Shown here piece by piece: positions 53,173-62,826 of a DNA stretch of 64,000 bases (position 1 is the first letter of the stretch; the number at the start of each line of letters is the position of its first letter). The position numbers and the translations under genes are program-made. The stretch is from contig OY970216.1 of the NCBI GenBank assembly GCA_963713955.1, forward strand, positions 72,075 through 136,074, in the 5' to 3' direction. The stretch is from an uncultured bacterium. Lineage in GTDB: Bacteria; Patescibacteriota; Minisyncoccia; UBA6257; GWB1-50-10. Under the pieces are notes generated by a model. The model did not search any database. It had not been told where the DNA came from and saw nothing but the letters and a program-made list of their open reading frames with translations.

Positions 53173-54102
53173 TTGTGTTGTTTGCATATGTTCGCGTGTT
53201 GGTGTTATACTACTACTATTAGTACTTTGCTCAAATATGCAAAGACCTATGCGAGGTCTTCTTTGAGGTCCGGGATCTTCTGGGCCGCCTTTTTATTTGT
53301 GTCGGTGGCTATTGTATTTTCTGTTTTGAAAGTACGTGCGGATGGCGGCGGATCTGCGACAGACCCGAATTTCGGGGGACCCATCGAGACCCCCCCGGAT
53401 TCGTACGTTTATTCCGTAAGCGGCGGAACCGCTGCCGTCGACGATGCCGCGCTGGGCAATCTTTTTGTTTCGGAATCAGGCGTCATCGGCGGTCAAAATC
53501 CGCTGATCGGCATGATTCCGCTGGGGAACGGGATCGTCAAATATAAAGTCAAAAAGGGAGACACCGTGTCCGGCATCGCTGAAGAATTCAGGACCGTGGC
53601 GGAGAACGTGCAGGCGACAAACGGGAATGCTCTCAAGAGCGTCCGTCCGGGCGATTGGGTCATCATAGCGACGGTGGTTACTTCAAGCACCGCTCCTTCA
53701 GCAGGGGTATCAAATCTCCCCGATCTTAAAAACTATTTCAGCCTTCCGGCGGTGGGATGGAATTGGGGACAACTCCATGATTACAATGCCGTGGATATCG
53801 CGAATCAGTGCGGGACGCCTGTCTCCGCGGCCGCGGAGGGACTTGTGATATCGGATCCGAATCTGGGAGACGGATCAAGCGGATGGAATGACGGATACGG
53901 CGTCTTTGTTTTTATTGAACATCCAAACGGGACCAAGACGAGGTACGCTCACCTTGCGAAGGCGCTCACCAAGATCGGCGACTACGTGAAGAAGGGGCAG
54001 GAAATCGGGCTTATGGGCAACACTGGCAACACCCATGGACCAACGGGTTGCCATCTCCATTTCGAGGTTTACGGCGCGAAGAACCCGTTCGCCATACAAT
54101 AA
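53173..54102 (+). CDS. LysM-domain M23 family metallopeptidase
   Basis: It has a LysM motif YKVKKGDTVSGIAEEF and an M23 catalytic HLHFEV motif. The true start is probably downstream of 53173, a possible TTG near 53227 after a TATACT -10, because no intergenic space would otherwise remain before the divergent rsmA. Confidence 0.75.
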   Translation: MCCLHMFACWCYTTTISTLLKYAKTYARSSLRSGIFWAAFLFVSVAIVFSVLKVRADGGGSATDPNFGGPIETPPDSYVYSVSGGTAAVDDAALGNLFVSESGVIGGQNPLIGMIPLGNGIVKYKVKKGDTVSGIAEEFRTVAENVQATNGNALKSVRPGDWVIIATVVTSSTAPSAGVSNLPDLKNYFSLPAVGWNWGQLHDYNAVDIANQCGTPVSAAAEGLVISDPNLGDGSSGWNDGYGVFVFIEHPNGTKTRYAHLAKALTKIGDYVKKGQEIGLMGNTGNTHGPTGCHLHFEVYGAKNPFAIQ

Positions 54103-54146
54103 ATAGTATCAAGTAGTTAGTATTGTTATTCATACTAAGTACTAAT

Positions 54147-55679
54147 TTACTCTTCTTTGATTCTGTACTGAAACGCTTCGGCGAGGTGCGATACGGTGAC
54201 TTCCGGGGAATTTTCCAGGTCGGCGATGGTTTGAGCAACCTTGAGCGTCCGATAGTATCCTCTCGCCGATATGAGGTTTTTGTCCATCACCTCTTTCAAA
54301 AATTCCTCGGCTGATTTTCCCATCTTTATGACTTCGTCGGCCTCTCTTGAGTTCATTTCCGAATTTGTGTAAATCTCCGCGTTCAGTTTTACGAACCTCT
54401 CCTTTTGGATGTTTCTTGCGGCCGATACCTTCCCTCTCGTGCCGTCGTCACCCGTTTTTACGGCGGACATAAGTTCCCCGCTCTTTACCCTTGGGACGCT
54501 CGCTTGAATGTCTATCCGATCGAGGAGCGGCCCCGACAGTTTCTTGTGGTATCTGAAAACTTCGTTCGCGGTGCAAACACACTCTTTCTTGGGATCTCCG
54601 AAATAGCCGCAGGGGCAGGGATTTTTGGCTGCGACGAGCATGAAGCGGGCCGGATACTCGACCACCTTCTTGGCTCTCGACACGGTTACTCTTCCGCTTT
54701 CAATGGGTTGTCGCAGGGCCTCAAGGACGTCGCGGTGGAATTCCGGCAGTTCGTCAAGGAAAAGGACCCCCCGGTGAGCCAGGCTTATCTCGCCTGGTCT
54801 TGGGTTTTGCCCGCCCCCCACGATGGCTATGAGAGAAGAAGTGTGGTGGGGCGATCTCGTGGGTCTCGAGCTTACTGAATGTATTCCCTCGGTCAGGAGT
54901 CCGGCAGCGCTCCAAATCTCTGTCATCTCTATGATCTCCTCATAGGACGGCGGCGGAAGGATCGACGCGAGAGCTTCGGCGAGCATGGTCTTCCCGGTAC
55001 CCGGGGGGCCGGACAACAAAACGTTGTGCCCGCCGGCGGCCGCTATAGTGAGCGCTCTCTTGGCTGCCGCTTGGCCCTTGACGTCCCAGAGATTTATGCG
55101 TGCCTTCGGCGGGGCATCGCCGACGATTGTTTTCGGTTGCGCCTTTATTTTTCTGAACCCTTCCAGGTGTTCCATAATCTCCGCGAGGCTCCCGACAGGC
55201 ATTATTTTTAAATCCTCCACCATCGCCGCTTCCTCGGCGTTTTCTTTCGGCAGAAAAAACTCCCGGAACCCTTTCCTCTTTGCGGATACGGCCATGTTCA
55301 AGGCACCGCTGATCGGCCGGAGCGTGCCGTCGAGGGAGAGCTCTCCGGCAAACATCTTTCTTCCGCTTTCAAACTCGGCTATCTGTTCGCTCGCGAGGAG
55401 ATAAGAAAGGGCTATCGGCAGGTCAAAATGCGATCCGATTTTTTTGACGTCGGCTGGCGCAAGGTTAATGGTTATCTTCCGGTTTTCTTTGGTGGGAGGT
55501 TTGATACCCGAGTTTTTGAGGGCCGAATTGACCCTTTCTTTGGCTTCGGAAACGGCCTTATCGGCCAGTCCCACGATGTTGAAGGAGTGGAGGCCGACGT
55601 TCAAATCGGCCTCCACTTCGATGAGGTCGGCGTTTATTCCTTCCAATTCCGCGGAGAAAAGTTTTGGAACCCGAAGCAT
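54147..55679 (-). CDS. comM: Mg-chelatase-like AAA+ protein YifB/ComM
   Basis: 510 aa with an N-terminal Lon-like ChlI domain, Walker A GPPGTGKTMLA, and the C-terminal Mg_chelatase_C. Confidence 0.85.
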   Translation of the reverse strand: MLRVPKLFSAELEGINADLIEVEADLNVGLHSFNIVGLADKAVSEAKERVNSALKNSGIKPPTKENRKITINLAPADVKKIGSHFDLPIALSYLLASEQIAEFESGRKMFAGELSLDGTLRPISGALNMAVSAKRKGFREFFLPKENAEEAAMVEDLKIMPVGSLAEIMEHLEGFRKIKAQPKTIVGDAPPKARINLWDVKGQAAAKRALTIAAAGGHNVLLSGPPGTGKTMLAEALASILPPPSYEEIIEMTEIWSAAGLLTEGIHSVSSRPTRSPHHTSSLIAIVGGGQNPRPGEISLAHRGVLFLDELPEFHRDVLEALRQPIESGRVTVSRAKKVVEYPARFMLVAAKNPCPCGYFGDPKKECVCTANEVFRYHKKLSGPLLDRIDIQASVPRVKSGELMSAVKTGDDGTRGKVSAARNIQKERFVKLNAEIYTNSEMNSREADEVIKMGKSAEEFLKEVMDKNLISARGYYRTLKVAQTIADLENSPEVTVSHLAEAFQYRIKEE

Positions 55680-55701
55680 TAGGTTACCCCCTCGATATGT
55701 T

Positions 55702-56043
55702 TTATTTCCCCCTTTGCGCCATTTTACACTTTTTACAGAGAATAGATTCAGGATCTACTTCAAGCACTTCCATTTCTATCTTCCCGCCGCATTTCTCGCA
55801 GATGCCGTAGGTGCCGTTTTCCATCATTTCGAGCGCTTTACCTATCTGCTTCAATCTCGCGTCTTGGCTCTGTTTTACGCTCAAATAATTGGCCATCTCC
55901 TCCGATTCGTCCGTTTCTTCCTCCAAGTGATCCGTATCGTCCCCGAAATCGAGTTCCGATTCGAATCTCTTCATGTTCCCTTCTATGAGATTCTTTTCTG
56001 CGAGGAGCCTCTCTTTTAATTTTTCCAGTTCTTTTTTGTTCAT
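55702..56043 (-). CDS. DksA/TraR-family C4 zinc-finger protein
   Basis: 113 aa with a coiled-coil, an acidic tip, and CEKCGGKI...CKKC. Confidence 0.75.
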   Translation of the reverse strand: MNKKELEKLKERLLAEKNLIEGNMKRFESELDFGDDTDHLEEETDESEEMANYLSVKQSQDARLKQIGKALEMMENGTYGICEKCGGKIEMEVLEVDPESILCKKCKMAQRGK

Positions 56044-56122
56044 TATGTTTTTATTAGTATTAAAAACCTGATCCTTTATGTTATGGGGATCGCGGGGATA
56101 AGTGCGCGTCTTTTTGTCCGGT

Positions 56123-57211
56123 TTACTGCAGACTTTGAACAGCTAGTTTGTACCCGTCGTAAGAAGAAGATATAACAAGGACGTCATTCTTCCAGCCGTA
56201 ATCCAGGCCGTATCCGTTTTTACTGAAGAGGACGTATCTATTGAAAGTCGTCGCATCACCGCTCTTCCAGGCACCCTCCGTTCCGGGATCTTCACCCCAA
56301 AAATTCTTCAGATTCGTATTTGCTTCAAAAATCTGCCCGAACGTTGCCTTCTCATCCACCAGGGAAGATGTGGCCGAAAGCTTGGCGACAAGCCCGAGGG
56401 AGCGATTACCTTGCGCGTCAACGTAGGCAAACTCGGCTGTATAGGCCGGATCAAAAGCCTGGTTCAGTCCCGACTGCGTAAGATCCATCGATATGAGCGA
56501 TTTCATGATGTCGGAGAAAGCAATCGGATTCCCATTTTGATCCTGGGGAACAACCTCCACGAGAGCGGGGGTTTTCGTCGTCGTGAGATCAACTGTTTTG
56601 AGGTTGATTGAGCTTACGATGACCGGGGAATTTATAGAGGCGTCCGTTGTCTGGAAAAGTGATGAGTGGACGATCGGTGCGGGAGTAGTTGTCGGGGAAG
56701 AGGTTTCGTTGGTGGAAGTGGGAACGGGAGGCGTAGCATTTCCGCCGATCGGCGGGAGTGCGTTATTGTTCGCCGGCGTGTTCGTTGCCGGAGGATTTGT
56801 CGCGACTGTCGGCGCCTTGGTTCCTCCAAACATGGGGTAGACGAGGAAATATCCTATGGCGGCGAGCGCTATGACAACGAGAAAAACCACCACGCCCACC
56901 ATCATCCCCTTTCCTTTTTTTGGTTTTGGCACCCCTCCCGGCGGGAGCCCTTCTTGTGTTCCGCTCGTGTCCATTGCCGGTCCTGGAATCTGGAAATCGG
57001 TGCTCTCGGATTTTTGCGCGGGCGCCTGCGGGGCTGGACCCGAAGCTGCCGGCGCATAAGACTGCGGCACGCTGCCGCTTCCGACCGAGTTCAAGTCCGA
57101 GGCCATCGTTCTCACGTCGACGTTCTGATTCTGCCCGCCAGCCGGACTGACAGGACCGCCCCCTCCCATCGGGGCAGACGGCGGATTTGGGTTAAAGTTT
57201 TGATCTGCCAT
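56123..57211 (-). CDS. Pro-rich membrane-anchored hypothetical protein
   Basis: I prefer the start MADQNFNP at 57211; the track ORF begins at 57244. It has a P/G/A/Q-rich N-terminus, a single TM (MMVGVVVFLVVIALAAIGYFLVYPMF) and a C-terminal globular domain. It sits downstream of pnp. Confidence 0.5.
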   Translation of the reverse strand: MADQNFNPNPPSAPMGGGGPVSPAGGQNQNVDVRTMASDLNSVGSGSVPQSYAPAASGPAPQAPAQKSESTDFQIPGPAMDTSGTQEGLPPGGVPKPKKGKGMMVGVVVFLVVIALAAIGYFLVYPMFGGTKAPTVATNPPATNTPANNNALPPIGGNATPPVPTSTNETSSPTTTPAPIVHSSLFQTTDASINSPVIVSSINLKTVDLTTTKTPALVEVVPQDQNGNPIAFSDIMKSLISMDLTQSGLNQAFDPAYTAEFAYVDAQGNRSLGLVAKLSATSSLVDEKATFGQIFEANTNLKNFWGEDPGTEGAWKSGDATTFNRYVLFSKNGYGLDYGWKNDVLVISSSYDGYKLAVQSLQ

Positions 57212-57240
57212 TGTGATCTTATTATAGCATATTTCTCTTT

Positions 57241-59271
57241 TCAATTCGCCTGCTTCAGGGACAATCCTATCTTGCCATCCTCCACTTTTATGATTTTTGC
57301 CTTGACTTTATCGCCGATTTTCACCACATCCTCTACCTTCTTGACATAGCCATTCTTGAGTTCCGAGACGTGGATCATGCCGTCTTGACCTCCGCCGAGG
57401 TCGACGATGGCGCCGAAGTCGAGGATTCTTACGACCGTACCTTCCACTATTTCTCCCACGGCGTATTCTTTCACAACCCCCTTCACGAGTTCGACGGCTC
57501 GCTTCACGAGCTCGTCTTCGTACCCCGCGACATAGACCTTCCCGTCCTCTTCTATGTCTATGGTTATCTTGTTATCCATGGAGTTCAAGATTCCGTTTAT
57601 CACTTTCCCGCCCGGCCCGATGAGCTCTCCTATTTTCTCCGGGGGTATTTGCACGATCGTTATTTTTGGCGCGTAGGGCGAGAGTTCTTTCCGGGGAGCG
57701 TTCATCGTCTTGTCCATGAAATCCAATATCTGAAACCGGGCTTTCTCGGCCGCCTCGAGGGCTTCCCTGAATATTTTCTGGGTGATGCCGCCGATTTTCA
57801 CGTCCATTTGTATGGCGTTCACGCCGTCTCTCGTGCCGGAAACCTTGAAATCCATGTCGCCGTAATGATCTTCGGGCCCCTGGATGTCGGTCAAGAGTTG
57901 GTATTCGTTCTCCCGCTCGCCGCTCAAGAGTCCTATCGATATCCCCGCCACTTGTTTTTTTAGGGGAACGCCGGCGTCCATGAGAGAAAGAGACGCGGCG
58001 CACGTGGAGGCCATTGAAGAAGATCCGTTTGAAGAAAGAGTTTCGGCGACTATCCGTATCGTATACGGGAACTCTTCGATCGACGGCAAGACGGCGCTGA
58101 TCCCCTTGCTGGCTAAGTTCCCGTGGCCGATTTCGCGTCTCCCGGGCCCTCTTGATCGGTACGTTTCTCCGACCGAAAATCCCGGGAAGTTGTAGTGGAG
58201 TATGAACCTCTTTTTGCCGGTCGTCTCCATGGTTTCCACTATTTGTTCCGCTCCGGGGGTGGCGAGGGTCGTGATGGCCAAGACTTGCGTCTCGCCCCGA
58301 ATGAAGAGCGCCGAACCGTGCGTGCGCCGGAAAAGCCCCACCTCCGCGTACAAGTCCCGTACCTCGTCGAATTTCCTGCCGTCGGCCCTCTTGCCGTGCT
58401 TTAACGCCAGATCGTGGACGAAAGTGTCCACCGTTTCCTCGAAAACGATCTCGGCGGCTTTGAGTGATTCTTCGGTTTCTCCCGATTCTTTCAGATGTTC
58501 GAAAAGTTTTGACTTTAATTCTTCCGTTTTTTTCTCCTTGAGCGTCGCCTCGAGGTCGTTTTTGACGAATGCGTCTATCTTGTTTTTGAGATTTGGGTCG
58601 CCGGTCTGGAGGGTCACGTCCGCTTTCGGTTTCCCGATCTCCTTTATTATCCCCTTTTGGAATTCTACGAGTTTTTTTATGTTTTCGTGCACTCTCGAGA
58701 ATGTTTCCTCGGCTTCCCCGATTTTCGCTTCGTGCCCCTCGAATTCTATCATGTTCACGAATGCTTCGGTTCCGGCGAAGAATCCTTTTGTGCTTTCGTC
58801 TTTTTCTACCTTGAGCCCCGCCACCGGGCCGTTCCATGGGATGTCAGAGATCGAGAGAGCCGTTGACGTCGAGAGAAGCGCGATTTCATCCGGGTCGTTT
58901 TTCTCGTCGTATGCGAGAACCGTCACGACGACCTGCACCTCCCGTCGCAAGCGTGGATCGAAAAGCGGCCGGATTGTCCGGTCGATGAGGCGCGACGAAA
59001 GGATTGCTTCGTCAGACGGTCTCCCTTCTCTTCTGATGAACCGGCTGCCGATGATCTTGCCGGCCGCGTAGAATCGCTCTTCGTAGTCAACAGTCAGAGG
59101 AAAAAAATCGCCGGGCTTGTCGGCGTCGCTCATAACGACCGTCGCGAGGACGGCCGTGTCTCCCGATCTGCCGATGACCGCGGCGTTTGCCTGGCCGGCG
59201 ATCTTCGAAATTTCGAGAGAAAAATCTTTCCCGTCGATGTTCGTCTGGTACGTCTTTTTGTCTAAGTTCAT
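57241..59271 (-). CDS. pnp: Polyribonucleotide nucleotidyltransferase (PNPase)
   Basis: 676 aa with two RNase PH domains (FFPLTVDYEERFYAAGKI...RREGRPSD), then KH and S1 domains. Confidence 0.92.
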   Translation of the reverse strand: MNLDKKTYQTNIDGKDFSLEISKIAGQANAAVIGRSGDTAVLATVVMSDADKPGDFFPLTVDYEERFYAAGKIIGSRFIRREGRPSDEAILSSRLIDRTIRPLFDPRLRREVQVVVTVLAYDEKNDPDEIALLSTSTALSISDIPWNGPVAGLKVEKDESTKGFFAGTEAFVNMIEFEGHEAKIGEAEETFSRVHENIKKLVEFQKGIIKEIGKPKADVTLQTGDPNLKNKIDAFVKNDLEATLKEKKTEELKSKLFEHLKESGETEESLKAAEIVFEETVDTFVHDLALKHGKRADGRKFDEVRDLYAEVGLFRRTHGSALFIRGETQVLAITTLATPGAEQIVETMETTGKKRFILHYNFPGFSVGETYRSRGPGRREIGHGNLASKGISAVLPSIEEFPYTIRIVAETLSSNGSSSMASTCAASLSLMDAGVPLKKQVAGISIGLLSGERENEYQLLTDIQGPEDHYGDMDFKVSGTRDGVNAIQMDVKIGGITQKIFREALEAAEKARFQILDFMDKTMNAPRKELSPYAPKITIVQIPPEKIGELIGPGGKVINGILNSMDNKITIDIEEDGKVYVAGYEDELVKRAVELVKGVVKEYAVGEIVEGTVVRILDFGAIVDLGGGQDGMIHVSELKNGYVKKVEDVVKIGDKVKAKIIKVEDGKIGLSLKQAN

Positions 59272-59273
59272 TA

Positions 59274-59840
59274 TTAACTTATTCTTCTCTTTGGTTTTCG
59301 ACTCATTCTTTCTTCTCCTCCTTCTCCTCGCTCGCCGATTCGGAGGAGAACCCGCGGGATGCGCTCGATGTCCGTGAAACCATCGGCTGCATCTTTGAGC
59401 CTCGCCGAAGCGGTATGCCCGAACGCCGCTACCTCAACGTCTTTCCCGAAGCCCCACTTGAGATACTGGACCAGGGGTACGAAGTCGCCGTCGCCGGTCA
59501 CGAGGATCACGGCGTCCAAGGCGGCTGCACTCCGGACGGCATCGATCGCGATGCCGACATCCCAATCGCCTTTCTTGGTTCCATCAGGGTAAACCTGGAG
59601 ATCTTTCGAACGGAGCTCGAGACCGGTCTTTCGGAGCGCTTCGAAGAACGACTCCTCTCCGGTCGCGGGGTCGCTTTTCACGACGTAGGCGTAGGCGCGG
59701 ACAAGCTGCCGCCGCCCGACGAGATATTTCAAAAGTTCGTTGAAGTTGACCCGTGCGTGGTACAGGTTTTTTGCCGAGTGGTAGATGTTTTGGACATCGA
59801 TGAAAATTCCCACCCGCTGATTCGAATTTGTGCTCGCCAT
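59274..59840 (-). CDS. NYN-domain (LabA-like) putative RNase
   Basis: 188 aa beginning RVGIFIDVQNIYHSAK, with ...LVTGDGDFVPLV, which are PIN-like NYN acidic residues. It is inserted between rpsO and pnp. Confidence 0.7.
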   Translation of the reverse strand: MASTNSNQRVGIFIDVQNIYHSAKNLYHARVNFNELLKYLVGRRQLVRAYAYVVKSDPATGEESFFEALRKTGLELRSKDLQVYPDGTKKGDWDVGIAIDAVRSAAALDAVILVTGDGDFVPLVQYLKWGFGKDVEVAAFGHTASARLKDAADGFTDIERIPRVLLRIGERGEGGEERMSRKPKRRIS

Positions 59841-59846
59841 TTAATG

Positions 59847-60113
59847 TTACGCTTCAATCTCGAGTTTTTTGGCAATTTTCGAGTAGCTCTTCTCGTCGTT
59901 CTCCCTGAGATATTGCATGAGCTTCCTCCTCTTTCCAACCATCATGAGGAGCCCCCTGCGGGAGGTGAAATCCTTTGGATTTTTCTTCAAATGATCCGCC
60001 AAGAGCTTGATCCGTCTCGATAAGAGTGAGATTTGTACCTCGCTCGATCCGGTGTCCTTTTCGTGCCTTGCGGAATCCTTCATCACGTTCTGTTTTTGTC
60101 GTTTCGTAAGCAT
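59847..60113 (-). CDS. rpsO: Ribosomal protein S15
   Basis: I place the start at MLTKRQKQ (60113), which gives 88 aa; the track ORF extends to 60149. It has DTGSSEVQISLL...HLKKNPKDFTSRRGLLMMVGKRRKLMQYL. Confidence 0.88.
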   Translation of the reverse strand: MLTKRQKQNVMKDSARHEKDTGSSEVQISLLSRRIKLLADHLKKNPKDFTSRRGLLMMVGKRRKLMQYLRENDEKSYSKIAKKLEIEA

Positions 60114-60171
60114 TTGAGTTAGTTTACCGTAAAAATGGGAGTTTGTCAAAATCCGGTGTAGAATTGAACTG

Positions 60172-61056
60172 ATGACTGAGATTGAAAAGTATTTGAAGGA
60201 ATATCTGGATTATCTGGAGATTGAAAAGAACCGGTCGCGGAAGACGCGGGAGAACTACGAACGGTATCTGAAACTTTTCGTGAAACAGACGGGCGTCAAG
60301 TCCCCTCTCGGCATAAACGAAGATGTCGTGAGGGATTTTCGGTTAGAGCTTAACCGGCGCGGTATCAAGAAAATAACCCAGGGGTACTATGTGATCGCGC
60401 TCAGGAATTTTTTGAAGTATTTGGTAAGGAGGAAATTAAAGGTGCTTTCGCCGGACATGATAGAACTCCCGAAAGTAACCCGGGCTGACATCGAGGTTTT
60501 GAGCTATGAAGAGCTCGAGCGGCTCCTCGCGGCCCCGAAGGGAGACAGTCTGCGCGTCTTGAGGGACAAAGCGATCCTCGAGACGTTTTTCTCGACCGGT
60601 CTCCGGCTTTCAGAACTCTGCAATCTCACTCGGTTCGTCGATCTGAAGCGCGGCGAGATATCGGTTCGCGGCAAGGGAGACAAAATACGGGTCGTCTTTC
60701 TATCGGATGACGCCAAAGACGCGATAAACGGGTATCTGAAAAAAAGGCAGGACGCCCTGGAGCCGCTTTTCGTGAGCTTGGACAAGAAAGAGAAAACCAT
60801 CGGGAAAATCACGCCGCGGAGCGTAGAAAGACTGGTCTCTTTTTATGCGCGGAAAGCGGGCATCCCGAAAAAAGTCCATCCCCATCTCTTGCGTCATTCT
60901 TTTGCCACAGACCTTTTGATAAACGGTGCGGACCTGCGTTCCGTCCAGGCAATGCTCGGTCACGCGAACATCTCGACGACCCAAATCTATACCCACCTCA
61001 CGAACAGGGAACTCAAGGAAGTCCACGAAGCGTTCCACGGAAAGAGGAGAAAATGA
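60172..61056 (+). CDS. xerD: Tyrosine site-specific recombinase XerC/XerD
   Basis: 294 aa. An N-terminal SAM-like domain is followed by a catalytic domain with R...HxxR (HLLRHSFAT) and a catalytic Y in ISTTQIYTHL. Confidence 0.85.
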   Translation: MTEIEKYLKEYLDYLEIEKNRSRKTRENYERYLKLFVKQTGVKSPLGINEDVVRDFRLELNRRGIKKITQGYYVIALRNFLKYLVRRKLKVLSPDMIELPKVTRADIEVLSYEELERLLAAPKGDSLRVLRDKAILETFFSTGLRLSELCNLTRFVDLKRGEISVRGKGDKIRVVFLSDDAKDAINGYLKKRQDALEPLFVSLDKKEKTIGKITPRSVERLVSFYARKAGIPKKVHPHLLRHSFATDLLINGADLRSVQAMLGHANISTTQIYTHLTNRELKEVHEAFHGKRRK

Positions 61057-61065
61057 ACGGCAGTC

Positions 61066-61134
61066 TTGGTAAGCCGAAAAAGTGTGCGCTCCGGGGCGCT
61101 AGCCCAAGTCTTACCCACTTTTTCGTCTTACCAA
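61066..61134. repeat. Palindromic repeat element, copy 3
   Basis: TTGGTAAGCCGAAAAAGTG-[TGCGCTCCGGGGCGCTAGCCCAAGTCTTACC]-CACTTTTTCGTCTTACCAA. The arms differ from copy 1 by paired compensatory changes. It sits between convergent xerD and the PAP2 gene, whose stop codon lies inside the element. Confidence 0.8.
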
Positions 61135-62183
61135 CCCCGCCTTCTGAAGAGTAGGTTAACAAGGAACACCGCGACGATTCCCATTATGATGCCTGCCGGT
61201 GCGTCGACGAAGTAGTGCTGGGCGAGATAGAACGTACCGAATGTCGAGAGGATAAGGAAAGGAGCGAAAAATGCCGCCACAACCGGCACGGCCTCAACGA
61301 GATAAATGAAGGCAATCGCCGCCCATGCTGCGTGAGCGCTGGGGAAGGTCGTCGTCGGTGCGACATCCAGGTCCTTTTTTATATCTCTCACTTTCGAAAA
61401 AAAGTTTTTCATTTCTGGGATGGGGGGAAAGCTTTTTAGAGCCGAAGAAACATTTGGCGGATCGGGAAGGTTGTAGACGTTGTCGATGAATCGGTCTTGG
61501 GGACTCATGGCAGGCACGAGGAGCCATAGAGGAATCATGATGAGAATGCTTAAAATGAAGGCTAGGGCGTATTGGGAGAAAACCTTCTTACTTTTGAAGA
61601 AGATGATGATGGCCGATATGAGGAGGATCGATGTGAGATTCAGAAACGAGAACTCGACCGTTTTTACGAACCAGATCGGCGGATTCGCCATCGCGAAGTG
61701 AATGAAAGGGTATGCGCCCGTAAGCCAGAAATCCGCCGCGAGAAGCTTCAAGTCGATAAGTCGGTTCTTATTGAATACGTCGATGAATTCTATGAGATAC
61801 GATATGAGAAAGAAATTGAGGACGATTGGAATCGTGATCCTCACACCTAGGGCAAGTTCCCTCAGGGACTTTTTTATTTCATCCTCGAAATGCTTGAGAG
61901 GCATTTTTTCTTCGAGCTCTCTCCTATTAAACCTAACCATGAGAAGATTCACGATGAGGTACACGCCGAGAGCCGCGTAGGCTATCCAGAGAATCTCGCT
62001 CCCCCAATATCTCAGCTCCCCGAAAACGAACCCCGTGTAGAACACGAAAAAGTTTTCTTTCGGTGGAGGAAGCACGTTCGAGAAATTGAGATAAAGAACA
62101 ATCGGCGCGAGAATGAGCGCTAGAAGATAGAAAATCTTTTCTGTCTTTCTCAAAATTCTTATGTCTTCAAGTTTCTGGTTCAT
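61128..62183 (-). CDS. PAP2-superfamily membrane phosphatase
   Basis: 351 aa, polytopic, with the C-terminal PAP2 motif ...TFPSAHAAWAA.... Confidence 0.7.
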   Translation of the reverse strand: MNQKLEDIRILRKTEKIFYLLALILAPIVLYLNFSNVLPPPKENFFVFYTGFVFGELRYWGSEILWIAYAALGVYLIVNLLMVRFNRRELEEKMPLKHFEDEIKKSLRELALGVRITIPIVLNFFLISYLIEFIDVFNKNRLIDLKLLAADFWLTGAYPFIHFAMANPPIWFVKTVEFSFLNLTSILLISAIIIFFKSKKVFSQYALAFILSILIMIPLWLLVPAMSPQDRFIDNVYNLPDPPNVSSALKSFPPIPEMKNFFSKVRDIKKDLDVAPTTTFPSAHAAWAAIAFIYLVEAVPVVAAFFAPFLILSTFGTFYLAQHYFVDAPAGIIMGIVAVFLVNLLFRRRGW

Positions 62184-62212
62184 GGCTTATCCGCGAATTG
62201 CGACAGCCGATG

Positions 62213-62288
62213 CTCGGCAAGCCGAAAAAGTGTGCGCTAGGGCCGCGCTTGCCAAGCCTTACCCACTTTTTCGTCTCACCGAGCCTCG
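62213..62288. repeat. Palindromic repeat element, copy 4 (diverged core)
   Basis: CTCGGCAAGCCGAAAAAGTG-[TGCGCTAGGGCCGCGCTTGCCAAGCCTTACC]-CACTTTTTCGTCTCACCGAGCCTCG. Confidence 0.7.
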
Positions 62289-62720
62289 TCTTGATATGCT
62301 TTTTCGTCTGGTGAAAAGTTTTAATAGTATGCTCGTATGATATTTTTCCGGTTCATGAGGCTTAAGTTTTATTATTTCCGGCACCGGATCGAATTCGTTA
62401 AGGTGCAACCTCAAATCCGCTTCCAACGCTCCCTGATCGTACCCGATCGCGATTGTGTCCGGGCGTTCGTTTTTTGCCGACTGCCAGGTTCCGAGCTTGG
62501 TGTCTCCGGGAGCGACTCGGTCCACGGCACCGGATGACAGGAGCGCTCGAGAACGCTCTGCGAAATCGGCATGGGGCTTATGCCCCTTCAGTTTCTCAAC
62601 AACTGCGTCCTGTGCCAAGACAGCGACGAGCTCGTCGCCGAATCTCCTCGCTTGTTCCAGGAACTTGCGATGACCTTCGTGCAATTCATCAAACACCCCG
62701 AAAACCAAAACTTTTTTCAT
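62259..62720 (-). CDS. Cytidylyltransferase-like nucleotidyltransferase (HxGH family)
   Basis: I place the start at MKKVLVFG (62720), which has the motif VFGVFDELHEGH (GxFDxxHxGH). The track ORF runs on through the tRNA-Leu gene. The C-terminal ~10 codons are supplied by repeat copy 4. Confidence 0.7.
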   Translation of the reverse strand: MKKVLVFGVFDELHEGHRKFLEQARRFGDELVAVLAQDAVVEKLKGHKPHADFAERSRALLSSGAVDRVAPGDTKLGTWQSAKNERPDTIAIGYDQGALEADLRLHLNEFDPVPEIIKLKPHEPEKYHTSILLKLFTRRKSISRRGSVRRKSG

Positions 62721-62728
62721 GATTTTAG

Positions 62729-62811
62729 TGCCCCCGAGAGGATTCGGACCTCTAACCCTTTCGGGACAGCGTCCTAAGCGCTGCGCGTGTGCCAAATTTC
62801 GCCACGGGGGC
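62729..62811 (-). tRNA. tRNA-Leu (anticodon TAG), class II with a long variable arm
   Basis: The reverse complement is GCCCCCGTGGCGAAATTTGGCACACGCGCAGCGCTTAGGACGCTGTCCCGAAAGGGTTAGAGGTCCGAATCCTCTCGGGGGCA. The acceptor is GCCCCCG/CGGGGGC, the anticodon stem is CAGCG/CGCTG with loop CTTAGGA, the variable hairpin is CCC-GAAA-GGG, and the T-arm is AGAGG-TCCGAAT-CCTCT. Confidence 0.85.
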
Positions 62812-62826
62812 AATGCCCGTAACCCT

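Noticed and set aside
53173-53230. Start of the LysM/M23 peptidase at 53173, directly abutting the rsmA start codon.
   Set aside because: That start would leave no promoter space for either divergent gene. A TATACT -10 at about 53206 and in-frame TTG or ATG candidates downstream make a later start more plausible. I kept the feature but flagged the start as uncertain.
57572-58837. The 421-aa minus-strand ORF (Arg/Gly-rich) and the 289-aa plus-strand ORF inside the pnp locus.
   Set aside because: They are alternative frames or antisense to PNPase, which is confidently identified. Their composition (RRRERH..., Ser-rich) is typical of spurious frames.
61021-61140. The possibility that repeat copy 3 next to xerD is a dif site.
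   Set aside because: dif sites are about 28 bp with XerC/XerD half-sites around a 6-bp spacer, and normally lie at the terminus, far from oriC. This element is ~70 bp, is part of a four-member family and sits about 23 kb from dnaA. Adjacency to xerD is more likely coincidental.
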